A stretch of 64,000 nt of DNA from an uncultured Elusimicrobium sp. (GCA_902797165.1 CADBRU010000029.1:2443-66442), one strand, 5' to 3'; counted from the first letter of the stretch, positions 28,292 to 39,292 are shown. The notes: generated by a model from the letters alone, not told the origin. Program-made: numbers and translations.

Positions 28292-29374
28292 TTATTTTTG
28301 TGGTTTGCGTTCGGTGTGATGTACCAAAACTCCTTCTTGGTATTCCTCACTGTTAAGCAGTTGTCCCTCTTCCGAATAAGTCTTGCGGTATCCGTCTAGT
28401 TTGCCGTTTACATACGATTCTTCCAAAAATTTATTGCCGTTAGAGAAGAAACCGTAGCGTGCGCCTTCTAGTTGTCCGTTCGTATAATTTTCTTGATACC
28501 ATAGACTACCGTCTTCGTAATAAATAAAGCGCACTCCGTCCAATTTACCTTTTTCAAAAGTTTCTTTAATGTTGATAGTTCCGTTGTTATACAAAGTTAG
28601 ACGTTCACCTTGCAATTTGCCATCTTGATAAAAAGATTTTATACAAGGCTGCCCTGTCGGGAAAGAAGAGATCCATTCTCCGTCCAATTGACCGTTTTTG
28701 TAATTCGTTTGTACGGTAATGATACCGCGCGGGAAATAGGTAAAATATTGCGCGGGACCGTTTAATTTACCTTTTGTATAAATTTCACGGGAGAGTAACT
28801 GCCCCAGTTCATTGTAACGTAACAAACTGCCTTCCAATAAATTGTTTTGATATTCTGCATCTAAACGGATTTGTCCGTTTTCATCATATTCTTTTACAGG
28901 TCCGTCCGGAATTTCGCCCAATCGTTCCAGCGTAGTCCCGTCTGCAGATACGGTTTGTTCGGCTACTTCCTTTCCGTCCACGTAAAACGATTGTGTATTT
29001 TTATTAATCTTAACGATGGTGCCTTCATGTGAAGTTGAGGGGTTGGCTTGTATGAGTTGTAAATCACGAGCGGTAAAATCTTCCACATCAAGCAGGATGC
29101 CGTCTTTATATTGTTCGGTAAAAGTTACTTTATCATTGGTCAGATCGACCATGGCCAGTTGTCCGTCCAATTTACCGTTTTTATAGTGTTTAACGGTTTT
29201 GGTAGTAATCTTAATTTCGTTTACTTCCCCTTCGGGCAATACACCGGCCGTATGGACAATATTATTGTCTTTGTCCAAAAATTCGGTTGCCAACACGTGT
29301 ATCTTTACATAGCAACGTTTGGTGGGTGTTACAATACAAAGTACTTTTTCATCGCAACTGGATTTATCATTCAT
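28292..29374 (-). CDS. MORN-variant repeat protein (YwqK-like)
   Basis: Repeated Y.NG.L.G....Y..NG units. Confidence 0.82.
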   Translation of the reverse strand: MNDKSSCDEKVLCIVTPTKRCYVKIHVLATEFLDKDNNIVHTAGVLPEGEVNEIKITTKTVKHYKNGKLDGQLAMVDLTNDKVTFTEQYKDGILLDVEDFTARDLQLIQANPSTSHEGTIVKINKNTQSFYVDGKEVAEQTVSADGTTLERLGEIPDGPVKEYDENGQIRLDAEYQNNLLEGSLLRYNELGQLLSREIYTKGKLNGPAQYFTYFPRGIITVQTNYKNGQLDGEWISSFPTGQPCIKSFYQDGKLQGERLTLYNNGTINIKETFEKGKLDGVRFIYYEDGSLWYQENYTNGQLEGARYGFFSNGNKFLEESYVNGKLDGYRKTYSEEGQLLNSEEYQEGVLVHHTERKPQK

Positions 29375-29433
29375 AGCAAAAACCTCTCTTTTGTTAGTGT
29401 ACTATATTTTTCGCGCGCGTATGTAAAAAATAC

Positions 29434-29462
29434 TTGACATTAGCCTCTTTGCTTAGTAACCT
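29434..29462 (+). promoter_or_regulatory. Sigma-70 promoter for trxA
   Basis: TTGACA-N17-TAACCT. Confidence 0.55.
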
Positions 29463-29498
29463 GTTAATATAGGTATATTTCCGAAAGGGGGCAGCAGT

Positions 29499-29819
29499 AT
29501 GAGTGAAGTGACGCTGACAGATGCAAATTTTGAACAAGAAGTATTGAAGGAAAAAGGAGTGGTACTGGTGGATTTTTGGGCACCGTGGTGTGGGCCGTGC
29601 CGTATGCTCGGGCCGGTGGTAGAGGAGTTGGCCAACGATTATGCAGGTAAAATAAAAGTCGGCAAACTTAATACGGACGAAGGCCCTCAAACAAGTGCTA
29701 AATATGCCATCACTTCCATTCCGACTTTAATTTTCTTTAAAGACGGACAAGTGGTAGCCCAAACCAACGGTTTGCAATCTAAAGCCGTTTTGGAAGAGAA
29801 AATTAATTCTTTGTTATAA
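29499..29819 (+). CDS. trxA: Thioredoxin
   Basis: DFWAPWCGPC and SIPT. Confidence 0.96.
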   Translation: MSEVTLTDANFEQEVLKEKGVVLVDFWAPWCGPCRMLGPVVEELANDYAGKIKVGKLNTDEGPQTSAKYAITSIPTLIFFKDGQVVAQTNGLQSKAVLEEKINSLL

Positions 29820-29830
29820 AGGAGATGTCT

Positions 29831-30328
29831 ATGAAAAAAATTGGAATAGGCTTTTTAATAGTTTTCTTATTTCCGTTACTTGGCATGGCTCAACAATGCA
29901 CGGGAAGTTCTTGTTCTATGCCTACGGAACCTGTCATCACGAAGGATTACTCAGGGGCTTTATGGGCTCCGATACCCGATGATGTTAAATCAGACATACT
30001 TTCCGGATTAAAATTGGAGGTAAAAGGCTTAGTGATTGTTAAGTTCGGAGGAGAGTGGTGTGAGCCTTGCCGTATGCTGGAAAGCGCAATTAAGAATGAC
30101 GCACGCTTGTCTAATTTGTGGGCCAAAGCAACGGTTTATAATTGGGATCCTATCAGAAGTACTGAGGAGAAAAAGAAATTAAGACAGTTGCCCGGGATCG
30201 AATTAACTTCTTTTCCTACGGTGGTATTTTTCAAAGATGGAGTATTACAAAAAGAAACGGTTTATAACATGGATACGAAATCTTTTGTACAACGTTTAAT
30301 TACGTTGACGGAAGAATATTCAAATTAA
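29831..30328 (+). CDS. Exported thioredoxin-fold protein
   Basis: Signal peptide MKKIGIGFLIVFLFPLLGMA; WCEPC; SFPT cis-Pro loop. Confidence 0.78.
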   Translation: MKKIGIGFLIVFLFPLLGMAQQCTGSSCSMPTEPVITKDYSGALWAPIPDDVKSDILSGLKLEVKGLVIVKFGGEWCEPCRMLESAIKNDARLSNLWAKATVYNWDPIRSTEEKKKLRQLPGIELTSFPTVVFFKDGVLQKETVYNMDTKSFVQRLITLTEEYSN

Positions 30329-30337
30329 ATATTTCTT

Positions 30338-30368
30338 AAAAGCCCGCGCTATGTAGTGCGGGCTTTTC
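30338..30368 (+). terminator. Intrinsic terminator
   Basis: AAAAGCCCGCGCTA-tg-TAGTGCGGGCTTTT. Confidence 0.75.
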
Positions 30369-30375
30369 TTACCTT

Positions 30376-32970
30376 ATGTCGGAACAATCACCCCAAACTT
30401 TTTATTTAATTGATGCGCACGGGTTTTTACACCGTAACTATCACGCTTTGCCCAAGTTATCTACTTCCGGAGGGTTGGAAGTAGGGGCTTTGTATGGTTT
30501 TGCGCGGTGGTTAAGCCGGCTTGTGCAAGAAAAGCATCCCACGTATGTAGCCGTGTGCTTTGATTCGAAAGGGGGGTGTGCCCGCCGCAAACGTTTATTA
30601 TCTTCCTATAAGGCCAATCGTAAAAAACCCGATGACGCCTTAGTCATGCAATTAGGTTTGGCGCGCGATATGGTGCGTGATATGGGGTTTACGGTGGTGG
30701 CCCAAGAAGGCATAGAGGCCGATGATTTAATGGCTTTTTTGGCTCTGCAAGCACAAAAAATAAATGTTCCCAGTGTGCTAGTTACTTCCGATAAAGATGT
30801 ATATCAATTTTTAAGTAATTTGATTTCGGTATGGCCTTCGGGCGGCAAAGATGGGATAAAAGGACCGGAAGCGGCTGTAGAGCGCTTTGGGGTAGAAAAA
30901 GATTTCCTACCAGATTATTTTTCTATTGTGGGGGATGCGTCGGATAATGTGCCCGGGGTAACGGGGGTTGGCCCGAAAACGACGATAGAGTTAATTAAAA
31001 ATTTTGGCCATTTGGAAGATATTTTAAGGGCCGCACAAAATGATGACCCGCGCATGAAACCCACTTTGGCCAAAAAATTACGCGAACAAGAAGGCAGTGC
31101 TTTATTGTCTAAACAACTTGTTATTTTAGATCCGGAACTGGATATGCCTTTTTCGTTAGAAGATTACCGAGTACAAACGCCAGATGCAGCCCGTTTTTCC
31201 GCTATGTGCCAACGGTATGAATTTAAGAATTTAATGATGGGTTTCCCCGCGCAACAACCTACCACAGCGCAACCTCAAGGAACCGGATTATTTGCACAAA
31301 ATGTGGGGCAGAATACTTCCTTAAAAGATATACTGGAGCAAGCCGAACAAGCCAAGGAAGTATTTTTATATTCGGAAGATGAACAATTTTTGTTTTCAGT
31401 CTCACCTGCACAGTATGCGTTGGTGCCTATTTCGGATATAGAGCCTTGGGAACTGGACCAACTGAAAAAAATCGTTTTTAATGATGCTATTTTCAAAATC
31501 GGTTATGATTTGAAATTTACGTTGCGTGAATTAGGGATCGTTTTGCAATCCCGCACCCCGAATTGTTTTGACGGGCGGTTGGCACGATATATGTTAGACC
31601 CTTCCGGTGATTTAAGTCCGGCAGGGGCTATCGCACATTATTTTTCCGCGCTTGTTAATCAAGAAGATACGGCAGAGCGTTTGGCTTTATATAACCGCTA
31701 TATGTATCCCTTACGGGAAAAATTGGAAGCCGAACTAAAAGCCAAAGATATGTGGCAACTCTATCAGACATTGGAATTGCCGTTGATGACTGTACTAGCC
31801 GATATGGAACATACGGGGATGAAAATAGATCGTAAGTGGTTGGAAAGTTTTGATGTGCTGCTTGAACAAGACATGGAAAAACTGAAAGCCGCTATCGATC
31901 AAGTGGCCGGCGGCCCCATTAATATCCATTCCCCGCGGCAACTAGGACATCTTTTGTTTGAACAGTTAAATTTACCTCCCGTTAAGAAAACCAAAACCGG
32001 CTATTCCACCGATGAAGAAGTGCTACAACAAATTGCTTCCTTGCATCCGGTGGCCCAACAAATTTTAGATTTTCGTGCCAATGCCAAATTAAAAGGGACC
32101 TATGTAGATAATCTGCTTTTAATGGCAGATGAACATCAACGCGTACATTCTTATTTAGATCAAACCGGTACGGTGACGGGGCGTTTGTCCAGTTCGGCAC
32201 CCAATTTGCAAAATATTCCGGTTCGCACCGAAAAAGGCCGTCAATTAAGACGCGCATTTTGTGCCGAAGAAGGAAATGTACTGTTAAGCATTGACTATTC
32301 ACAAATTGACCTTCGTGTGCTGGCGCATGAAAGCCAAGATCCTGTCTTGGTACAGGCTTTTTTGGAAGGGGGAGATATTCATACTCAAACCGCGGCGCAG
32401 ATTTTTGGTGTAATGCCGCTGATGGTAACCCCCGAAATGCGTACTGGCGCAAAAGCCGTAAATTTTGGTATTATTTATGGACAGGGTCCGTTGGGCCTCT
32501 CCCAAAGTCTAAACATTTCCATGCGGCAAGCCAAAGAATACATAGACAATTATTTCCACAATTTTCAAGGAGTACGTCGTTGGATTGATGAAAATATTGC
32601 TAGTGCGCGCCAAAACGGATATGTAAAGACAATGTTTGGACATATTCGGTATTTACCGGAGTTTAATATGGGAGTGGGCAGCATGACTTCTTTTGCCCAA
32701 CGCGCCGCTATTAATACAATTGTACAAGGCGGATCAGCCGATATTATTAAAAAAGCCATGGTGGATGTATTCCGCTCTTTGCAAGGAACACCTGTTAAAA
32801 TGATTATGCAGGTGCATGATGAACTGATTTTTGAAGTACCTGAAAAAGATTTAGAGCAATATGCCGCATCGATTAAAACGCAAATGCAAAATGCGGTTAA
32901 ATTGCGCGTGCCGTTGGTAGCCAGTGCAAAAGCAGGGGCCAACTGGTATGAACTGAAAAAAATAATGTAG
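30376..32970 (+). CDS. polA: DNA polymerase I
   Basis: 5'-3' exonuclease motifs (EADD, GDASDNVPGV); polymerase motifs TGRLSS, DYSQIDLR, KAVNFGIIYG, QVHDEL. Confidence 0.96.
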   Translation: MSEQSPQTFYLIDAHGFLHRNYHALPKLSTSGGLEVGALYGFARWLSRLVQEKHPTYVAVCFDSKGGCARRKRLLSSYKANRKKPDDALVMQLGLARDMVRDMGFTVVAQEGIEADDLMAFLALQAQKINVPSVLVTSDKDVYQFLSNLISVWPSGGKDGIKGPEAAVERFGVEKDFLPDYFSIVGDASDNVPGVTGVGPKTTIELIKNFGHLEDILRAAQNDDPRMKPTLAKKLREQEGSALLSKQLVILDPELDMPFSLEDYRVQTPDAARFSAMCQRYEFKNLMMGFPAQQPTTAQPQGTGLFAQNVGQNTSLKDILEQAEQAKEVFLYSEDEQFLFSVSPAQYALVPISDIEPWELDQLKKIVFNDAIFKIGYDLKFTLRELGIVLQSRTPNCFDGRLARYMLDPSGDLSPAGAIAHYFSALVNQEDTAERLALYNRYMYPLREKLEAELKAKDMWQLYQTLELPLMTVLADMEHTGMKIDRKWLESFDVLLEQDMEKLKAAIDQVAGGPINIHSPRQLGHLLFEQLNLPPVKKTKTGYSTDEEVLQQIASLHPVAQQILDFRANAKLKGTYVDNLLLMADEHQRVHSYLDQTGTVTGRLSSSAPNLQNIPVRTEKGRQLRRAFCAEEGNVLLSIDYSQIDLRVLAHESQDPVLVQAFLEGGDIHTQTAAQIFGVMPLMVTPEMRTGAKAVNFGIIYGQGPLGLSQSLNISMRQAKEYIDNYFHNFQGVRRWIDENIASARQNGYVKTMFGHIRYLPEFNMGVGSMTSFAQRAAINTIVQGGSADIIKKAMVDVFRSLQGTPVKMIMQVHDELIFEVPEKDLEQYAASIKTQMQNAVKLRVPLVASAKAGANWYELKKIM

Positions 32971-32976
32971 CCTTCC

Positions 32977-33567
32977 ATGAATTTTAAAACCCGAAATACA
33001 TTAACCGTTGGTTTAACCGGTGGAATTTTGTGTGGCAAAAGTACTGCGTTGCGGGCATGGCATCAAGCCAGCGCTTTTGTATTGTCCTGTGATGAATTGG
33101 TGCGTGAAATTTCCGCGCGGCCTTCAGTGCAGAAAAAGATACAAGTTTTGCTAGGTAGTACAGACCGTGCCGCGCAAGCGCGTCAAGTTTTTACGCAAAC
33201 CCAAACCCGGCGGAAATTGGAGCAATTATTACATCCTTTAGTAGAAAAAGAAATTGCGTGCCGGTTAAAAAGCGCTAAGGCTTGTGTGCGGGTGATAGAA
33301 GTTCCTTTATTATTTGAAGCAGACTGGCAAGATAAATTTGATTTAACGATTGCCTTGGTCGCCCCGCAAAAAACACTTGCGGCTCGCGCTAAAAAACGCG
33401 GCCTTACGCAAACCGATTTGTTAAAGAGAAGAAAAGCACAGTTTTCGCAAGAGCAAAAAGCGGCTTTGGCGGATATTTGTATTATTAATGATCGTTCGAC
33501 GAAAGAATTGGTTGTTAAAGTTGAAGCGTTACAGCACGCACTTAGTAAAATTTATAACGTAAAATAA
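32977..33567 (+). CDS. coaE: Dephospho-CoA kinase
   Basis: GLTGGILCGKST, LE.LLHP, EVPLLFE; canonical polA-coaE synteny. Confidence 0.9.
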   Translation: MNFKTRNTLTVGLTGGILCGKSTALRAWHQASAFVLSCDELVREISARPSVQKKIQVLLGSTDRAAQARQVFTQTQTRRKLEQLLHPLVEKEIACRLKSAKACVRVIEVPLLFEADWQDKFDLTIALVAPQKTLAARAKKRGLTQTDLLKRRKAQFSQEQKAALADICIINDRSTKELVVKVEALQHALSKIYNVK

Positions 33568-33576
33568 GGAGTCAGC

Positions 33577-35112
33577 ATGTCAGAAAAAATGCAGGAAAAA
33601 ACAACTAAAACTACTGCTAAAGCGGAAACCAAAACCGAGAAAAAAGCAGAAGTTAAGGTAGATAAAGTTACCGAAACGAAACCGGAAACAAAACCGGAAG
33701 TAAAATCCGAAAACAAAACAGAATATAGACCCGTACGCACGGAGCAAAACCGCCCGTACCGTCCGCAACAGCGTCACGTGATGCAGAAAACGGGAAATGC
33801 TTCTGCGCCGTATGCACCGCAACCGCTCTCGCGCCAACCCAATGGGGCTAAACCCATGGACGCGCGCGAACTCAATAAACTGAGCATTGCCGAATTAACC
33901 AAACTGGCAATCAATTACAATATTGAAGATATTTCGGGGCTTCGCAAGGCGGCCTTAATCGGTAAAATCGTTGCTATTCAAGCCAAACAAAACGGTTCTG
34001 TGTATGGCGGCGGTGTGCTGGAAATTTTGCCGGACGGATTTGGATTTTTGCGTGCGGTGGAAAACAATTATTTAGCCGGACCGGAAGATATTTATGTGTC
34101 TCCTTCCCAAATTAAACGTTTCGGTTTGCGTAAAGGGGATACGATTGAAGGGTTGATCCGCCCGCCCAAAGAAGGGGAACGTTTTTTTGCTATGTTACAA
34201 GTACAAAAAGTAAACGGTTTAGATTCCACCAATATTTACAACCGTCCCTTATTTGAAAACTTGACTCCGCTGCATCCTACGGAACGTTTTACGTTAGAAA
34301 TAGATAAAAATTCGTTGACTCAACGGGTCATTGATTTAATGTCCCCTATCGGTAAAGGACAGCGTGCCTTAATCGTGGCCGCTCCTAAAACGGGTAAAAC
34401 GATGGTCATGCAAGCCATTGCCCATTCATTGGAAATCAATCATAAAGATGTGGTGCTAATGGTGCTTTTGATTGATGAACGTCCGGAAGAAGTAACCGAT
34501 ATGGCCCGCAGTGTAAAAGGGGAAGTGGTTGCTTCTACCTTTGATGAACCGGCCGAACGTCACGTACAAGTGGCCGAAATGGTAATAGAAAAAGCCAAAC
34601 GCTTGGCCGAAATGGGCAAAGATGTAGTCATTTTGTTAGACTCCATTACCCGTTTAGCGCGTGCTTATAATACCGTAGCCCCGTCGTCAGGGCGTGTGCT
34701 TACCGGTGGTTTGGAAGCCACTTCTTTGCACAAACCCAAACGTTTTTTGGGTGCGGCGCGTAAATTGGAAGAAGGAGGTTCTCTAACCATTATTGCCAGC
34801 GCACTGGTGGAAACGGGTAGCCGTATGGACGAAGTAATTTTTGAAGAGTTTAAAGGAACGGGCAACAGTGAACTGTGCTTGGACCGCAAATTGTCCGAGC
34901 GCCGTATTTTCCCGGCGGTGGATATTAATCGCAGTTCTACGCGCAAGGAAAATCTGCTCTTGACCGAGGACGAACTTAATAAAATGTGGATCATCCGTAA
35001 AGTCTTAGCCCCGCTTAGCAGTGTGGATGCAATGACTTTACTGCTAGACAAGTTGTCTTCCACTAAGTCCAACAAAGACTTCTTAAAACAAATGGAAGTA
35101 AATGCGTTTTAA
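33577..35112 (+). CDS. rho: Transcription termination factor Rho with K/E/T-rich N-terminal extension
   Basis: [54 protein letters not shown]. Confidence 0.97.
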   Translation: MSEKMQEKTTKTTAKAETKTEKKAEVKVDKVTETKPETKPEVKSENKTEYRPVRTEQNRPYRPQQRHVMQKTGNASAPYAPQPLSRQPNGAKPMDARELNKLSIAELTKLAINYNIEDISGLRKAALIGKIVAIQAKQNGSVYGGGVLEILPDGFGFLRAVENNYLAGPEDIYVSPSQIKRFGLRKGDTIEGLIRPPKEGERFFAMLQVQKVNGLDSTNIYNRPLFENLTPLHPTERFTLEIDKNSLTQRVIDLMSPIGKGQRALIVAAPKTGKTMVMQAIAHSLEINHKDVVLMVLLIDERPEEVTDMARSVKGEVVASTFDEPAERHVQVAEMVIEKAKRLAEMGKDVVILLDSITRLARAYNTVAPSSGRVLTGGLEATSLHKPKRFLGAARKLEEGGSLTIIASALVETGSRMDEVIFEEFKGTGNSELCLDRKLSERRIFPAVDINRSSTRKENLLLTEDELNKMWIIRKVLAPLSSVDAMTLLLDKLSSTKSNKDFLKQMEVNAF

Positions 35113-35128
35113 GTAATCTTTAAAATTG

Positions 35129-35167
35129 AAATACTCCGGCATTATATTGACGCCGGAGTATTTTTTG
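35129..35167 (+). terminator. Intrinsic terminator after rho
   Basis: AAATACTCCGGC...GCCGGAGTATTTTTT. Confidence 0.75.
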
Positions 35168-35180
35168 TTATACTAGAAGT

Positions 35181-35822
35181 ATGAAGAAAGTGGGTATTAT
35201 TTTCGGTTTATTATTATTTGCTTTACCGGGCATGGCGGTGGTGCGTATCGCGGGCAGTGATCCGTACGCCAACCGAGACCTTCAAAAGGAATTTTGGGCG
35301 GCTATTGAAGTAAATGATACGGAAAAAGTTAAAAAATTAATTAAACAAGATAAGTCCTTGGTTTTGGCCAAAAATTCAAAAGGGATGAGCGGATATTTGC
35401 GCGCGGTAGAGAAACATTATAGATCTATGGCGTGGCTGCTTGGTAAAAATTGGTCCCGCATTAATGAAGAAGGACCCCGAGGAACTGCTTTACACATGGC
35501 GGTAGAGGATAAAGATTTGGCCATGGTACAACTGGTTTTAAAGGTGGCTCAATTAGAGGATGACGAAACGATGGTTTCTTTAATTAACAAGCCCCGTTTA
35601 ACGGTTCCTAGAAGTGCCAAATCTTATTCTAAAGCATTAGATACGCCCATGCATATTGCGGCGGAATTGTGTGATTTTGCTATTTATGAGTATTTGGCCG
35701 GTATGGGCGGCAAAACCGATAAATCCAACGGGGCTTTTGAAACGCCGGCGGCTATTTTGGCCACTTGTCCTCCGCCCGATAAAGAAAAGACGCCCTCAGA
35801 TAATAAATCTGCAAATAAATAA
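35181..35822 (+). CDS. Exported ankyrin-repeat protein
   Basis: Signal peptide; GTALHMAV, DTPMHIAA, ETP motifs. Confidence 0.78.
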   Translation: MKKVGIIFGLLLFALPGMAVVRIAGSDPYANRDLQKEFWAAIEVNDTEKVKKLIKQDKSLVLAKNSKGMSGYLRAVEKHYRSMAWLLGKNWSRINEEGPRGTALHMAVEDKDLAMVQLVLKVAQLEDDETMVSLINKPRLTVPRSAKSYSKALDTPMHIAAELCDFAIYEYLAGMGGKTDKSNGAFETPAAILATCPPPDKEKTPSDNKSANK

Positions 35823-35990
35823 GGGCTCGGCTTTGATTCTGCCTTAGACTACGATATAGCAAAATTATTGGGTGTGGAAGATGGATGTAGTTGTTGTTAA
35901 TGCAAAAGAAAACTGCTTTTCATTTATCCTCTAATTTGGTACAATAATCAAGAAGGCATTTTTGCCTGACCCTTTTTTAGAGGAAATAAT

Positions 35991-36350
35991 ATGAAAGAGA
36001 AAATACATCCGAAATATGACTTTGTGGAAGTCACTTGTGCGTGCGGAAATAAATTTACGACGCGTTCCACTGCTAAAAATTTAAAGTTGGACATTTGTGC
36101 CGCTTGCCACCCGTTCTTTACCGGTAAACAAAAACTTTTGGATACCGAAGGTATGGTGGAAAAATTTAATAAACGCTTTGCTTCTACCTCCGGCAAAACG
36201 GTCACCCGCAAGCCGAAAACCGAAGTAAAAGCAAAAACCAAATTGGCCAGCAAAGCCGTACTTAAAAAAGCGGCCGCTGCTAAAAAAGCCCCCAAGGCAA
36301 CTGCCCCGGCTAAGAAAGCAGCCAAAACCGAAGCCAAAGCCGCTAAATAG
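35991..36350 (+). CDS. rpmE: 50S ribosomal protein L31 (Zn-ribbon type) with Lys/Ala-rich C-terminal extension
   Basis: [25 protein letters not shown]. Confidence 0.95.
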   Translation: MKEKIHPKYDFVEVTCACGNKFTTRSTAKNLKLDICAACHPFFTGKQKLLDTEGMVEKFNKRFASTSGKTVTRKPKTEVKAKTKLASKAVLKKAAAAKKAPKATAPAKKAAKTEAKAAK

Positions 36351-36362
36351 CGACGCAATTTG

Positions 36363-36397
36363 AAAAAACAGACTCTCATCCGGGGGTCTGTTTTTTT
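36363..36397 (+). terminator. Intrinsic terminator between rpmE and prfA
   Basis: AAAAAACAGACTCTC-atcc-GGGGGTCTGTTTTTTT. Confidence 0.75.
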
Positions 36398-36410
36398 ATT
36401 AGGGGAATTT

Positions 36411-37469
36411 ATGGATACCGCAAAATATTTAGAAGAGTATAAAGCATTGGAACAAGAACTCATGAGCGGCAATTTATCTGCCAAAGAACTCATGGAGAAA
36501 TCCAAACGCCATGCATTTTTAAAACCGATTATCGAAAAGGAAAACGAAATTAATTCCGTGCTGGCCGCTATAGAAGGGGACCGCGAAATTATCAAAGACG
36601 GCTCGGATAAAGAAATGGCGGCACTGGCGGCGGAAGAACTGAGTGAATTGGAAGCCAAATTGCCGCAATTGCAACAGGAACTGCGCGTACTGGTTATTCC
36701 GCCTGACCCAAATGACAGTAAAAGCATTTATTTGGAAATTCGGCCGGGCGCCGGGGGGGAAGAATCGGCCCTGTTTGCCGCGGAACTCTTGCGTGTATAT
36801 CAACACTTCGCCGATGCAAAAGGTTGGAAAACCGAACTGTTGGAATATACTCCGACCGGACTGAAAGGTTGCAAATATGTGAGTATGTTTATTAAAGGGG
36901 AAGGGGCTTATTCATGGCTACGTGACGAGGCCGGAACGCACCGTGTACAACGGGTGCCCGATACGGAAACGTCCGGCCGCGTACATACTTCTACCGTTAC
37001 GGTAGCCATTATGCCCGAAGCGGAAGATATTGATATTGAAATTAAACCCGAAGATTTGGAATTGGAAACCTGCCGCAGCGGAGGCGCAGGCGGTCAAAAC
37101 GTAAATAAAGTAGAGACTGCGGTACGCATTATCCATAAACCGACCGGAGTGGTGGTGTCTTGCCGTGAAGAGCGCAGCCAAGGTAAAAACCGTGAAAAAG
37201 CCATGGCTATGCTCAAAGCAAAACTCTATCAAATCGAAGAAGAAAAACGCAATAAAGAAATTTATGATGCGCGCAAAAGCCAAGTGGGTACCGGCGACCG
37301 CAGTGAAAAAATCCGCACCTATAACTTTCCGCAAAGCCGCGTGACCGATCACCGCGTGGATAAAAACTATCATAATTTAACAGAAATTATGGAAGGAAAT
37401 ATCACGGAAATTTTGGAAGATTTACGCAAATTGCGCGTGGAAGAAAAACTTAAAAATTTACAGTTATAA
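36411..37469 (+). CDS. prfA: Peptide chain release factor 1
   Basis: HRVQRVPDT (PxT), [21 protein letters not shown]; true start ATG 36411. Confidence 0.96.
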   Translation: MDTAKYLEEYKALEQELMSGNLSAKELMEKSKRHAFLKPIIEKENEINSVLAAIEGDREIIKDGSDKEMAALAAEELSELEAKLPQLQQELRVLVIPPDPNDSKSIYLEIRPGAGGEESALFAAELLRVYQHFADAKGWKTELLEYTPTGLKGCKYVSMFIKGEGAYSWLRDEAGTHRVQRVPDTETSGRVHTSTVTVAIMPEAEDIDIEIKPEDLELETCRSGGAGGQNVNKVETAVRIIHKPTGVVVSCREERSQGKNREKAMAMLKAKLYQIEEEKRNKEIYDARKSQVGTGDRSEKIRTYNFPQSRVTDHRVDKNYHNLTEIMEGNITEILEDLRKLRVEEKLKNLQL

Positions 37470-37487
37470 GTATTGTAGAATAAGTGT

Positions 37488-38438
37488 ATGAAGCAAATTC
37501 CTCAAGTCAAGGATTTACGTAATATTTTAATTTTACGTGCATTTGATTCGGTCAGTAAAGCGGTTGTTTCTTCTTGTGTGTACCGAGAAATGAAACGGGT
37601 CAATCCGTCTCTGCAAATTACGGTGGCTTGTTTTCATCATCCGTACGATTATTTACAACACAATCCTTATATAGATAGTGTAATTCGGCTCCCTCACGGA
37701 GGGATCGGGCTGTGGTCTAAAGCATTTCAACTGCGTGCGAAACATTTTGATTTGGTGCTGGATACTTCGGACAGAGCCGCCACCGATTGGAAATGGTTTA
37801 AGCGGTTTGTGGGCGGCTTACGTTTGCTGGATAGAGATACAAGCCCCGTGCAGCCGTTTGGTGCTCCGGATAAGCATGCGGCCGTCCATGAACAAGCAGT
37901 TTTAAAATTATTGGGCGTGCCCGATCCGGACGGCTCTTATGAATTAACTATTCCCAGCACAACCCGTCAAAAAACGGAAGATTGGTTAGCCTCCCAACAT
38001 TTGTCTTCCTATATTTTGTTAAATTCCGGCGGTACCTCAAAAGACAGACAATTCCGTCCCAATGTACTGTATAAGATTGCTTGCATTTGTAAACAATGGG
38101 GCTATCCGTTTGTGCTGACAGTACCGAGTGAAGAAGCAAACCGCTGGCAACCGATATTTCAAGAAATGCCGGAAGTGCGAATTAAGATAGCCGATGACCA
38201 GTTTGAGCGGTTTGAACTAGTGCGCCGGGCCACTTTTATTATTACACCCGATACGTCGGCGGTCAGTATTGCCGATGCTTTTCAAAAGCCGCTTTTAATT
38301 TTTTACAATCACTTAACTTCCTATAACGCGCCGGATAATCCGAAGGCTTATATTTTAGAGACTGATCCGGCTAATATCAATCAGTTTGATTGGGATAAAT
38401 TTACTGCTTTGGTAGAGAAGATAAAACCAACATTATGA
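37488..38438 (+). CDS. Glycosyltransferase family 9 (heptosyltransferase-like)
   Basis: ILILR, HNPYID, FDLVLD, IITPDTS..IADAF.KP. Confidence 0.78.
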   Translation: MKQIPQVKDLRNILILRAFDSVSKAVVSSCVYREMKRVNPSLQITVACFHHPYDYLQHNPYIDSVIRLPHGGIGLWSKAFQLRAKHFDLVLDTSDRAATDWKWFKRFVGGLRLLDRDTSPVQPFGAPDKHAAVHEQAVLKLLGVPDPDGSYELTIPSTTRQKTEDWLASQHLSSYILLNSGGTSKDRQFRPNVLYKIACICKQWGYPFVLTVPSEEANRWQPIFQEMPEVRIKIADDQFERFELVRRATFIITPDTSAVSIADAFQKPLLIFYNHLTSYNAPDNPKAYILETDPANINQFDWDKFTALVEKIKPTL

Positions 38439-39283
38439 GCCTATCTTCACGCGCCGTACTGGTAAGTAAAGCGGAACGGATTTTAACACAAGCCGGCACC
38501 CCGCAACCGCGTGCCGAAGCGGAATTTTTGTTGGCGGCGGCGCAAGGGGTACCCCGTACACGTATTATTGCGTTTGCCGATCAAGAAGTCGGCGCTGAGG
38601 AAGAAGAAGTTTTTTGGAAATTTGTTAAACAAAAAGAACAGGGCGTTCCGGTGGCTTATATTACGGGAGAAGCGGAATTTGGAGAACTGGTTTTGCACAG
38701 TGACCGGCGTGCTTTGGTGCCCCGTCCTGAGACGGAAGAATTAGCGCAATATTGTGCCGGTTTGTTTGAGCGCGGGGCCAACCCCGACATTTTAGATTTA
38801 TGTACCGGAAGCGGTTGTATTGCTTTATATTTAGCGGCCAAATTTCCGCGGGCGCGTGTTGTGGGCGCGGATATCAGTCAAGAGGCTCTTTATCTTGCCG
38901 CGGAAAATGCGCGTTTAACCAAATTGCAAGATCATATTGTTTGGCGGCAAAGTGATTTATTTGCACAAATCGACGGTACATTTGATTTAATTGTTTCTAA
39001 TCCGCCTTATATTCCAAGCGGTGATTTGCCCGGTCTAAGTGCGGAAGTACATCACGAGCCGAAACAGGCTTTAGATGGCGGAGAAGACGGATTGGATATT
39101 ATCAGACAGATTGTTGCGGTGGCGGCCGATTATTTAAACTCCAAAGGCACGCTTGCTTTGGAAATCGGCGCGGGACAAGCCGACGCGGTGTGTAGTTTAT
39201 TTGACGGTAACCGTTGGGACGGCGGGGTTAAAAAAGATTTTGCCGGGATAGAGCGTTTTGTATTTGCGCGTTTAAAAAATTAG
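38435..39283 (+). CDS. prmC: Release factor glutamine methyltransferase
   Basis: LVPRPETE, DLCTGSGCIA, SNPPY, ALDGGEDG. Confidence 0.95.
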   Translation: MSLSSRAVLVSKAERILTQAGTPQPRAEAEFLLAAAQGVPRTRIIAFADQEVGAEEEEVFWKFVKQKEQGVPVAYITGEAEFGELVLHSDRRALVPRPETEELAQYCAGLFERGANPDILDLCTGSGCIALYLAAKFPRARVVGADISQEALYLAAENARLTKLQDHIVWRQSDLFAQIDGTFDLIVSNPPYIPSGDLPGLSAEVHHEPKQALDGGEDGLDIIRQIVAVAADYLNSKGTLALEIGAGQADAVCSLFDGNRWDGGVKKDFAGIERFVFARLKN

Positions 39284-39292
39284 GAGGAAACT

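Noticed and set aside
28292-29374. Antitoxin of a toxin-antitoxin pair (YwqK label)
   Set aside because: No adjacent toxin; only generic MORN-variant repeats are supported.
33577-33860. Low-complexity N-terminal extension of Rho
   Set aside because: N-terminal insertions in Rho are common in many phyla; nothing distinctive is visible here.
36360-36410. N-terminal extension of prfA from TTG 36360
   Set aside because: It runs through the rpmE terminator hairpin. ATG 36411 after AGGGG fits the usual RF1 length.
35948-36727. 259-aa minus-strand ORF and the many other antisense or nested ORFs in the track
   Set aside because: They are shadows of well-supported genes (here rpmE/prfA) and have no recognisable motifs or translation signals.
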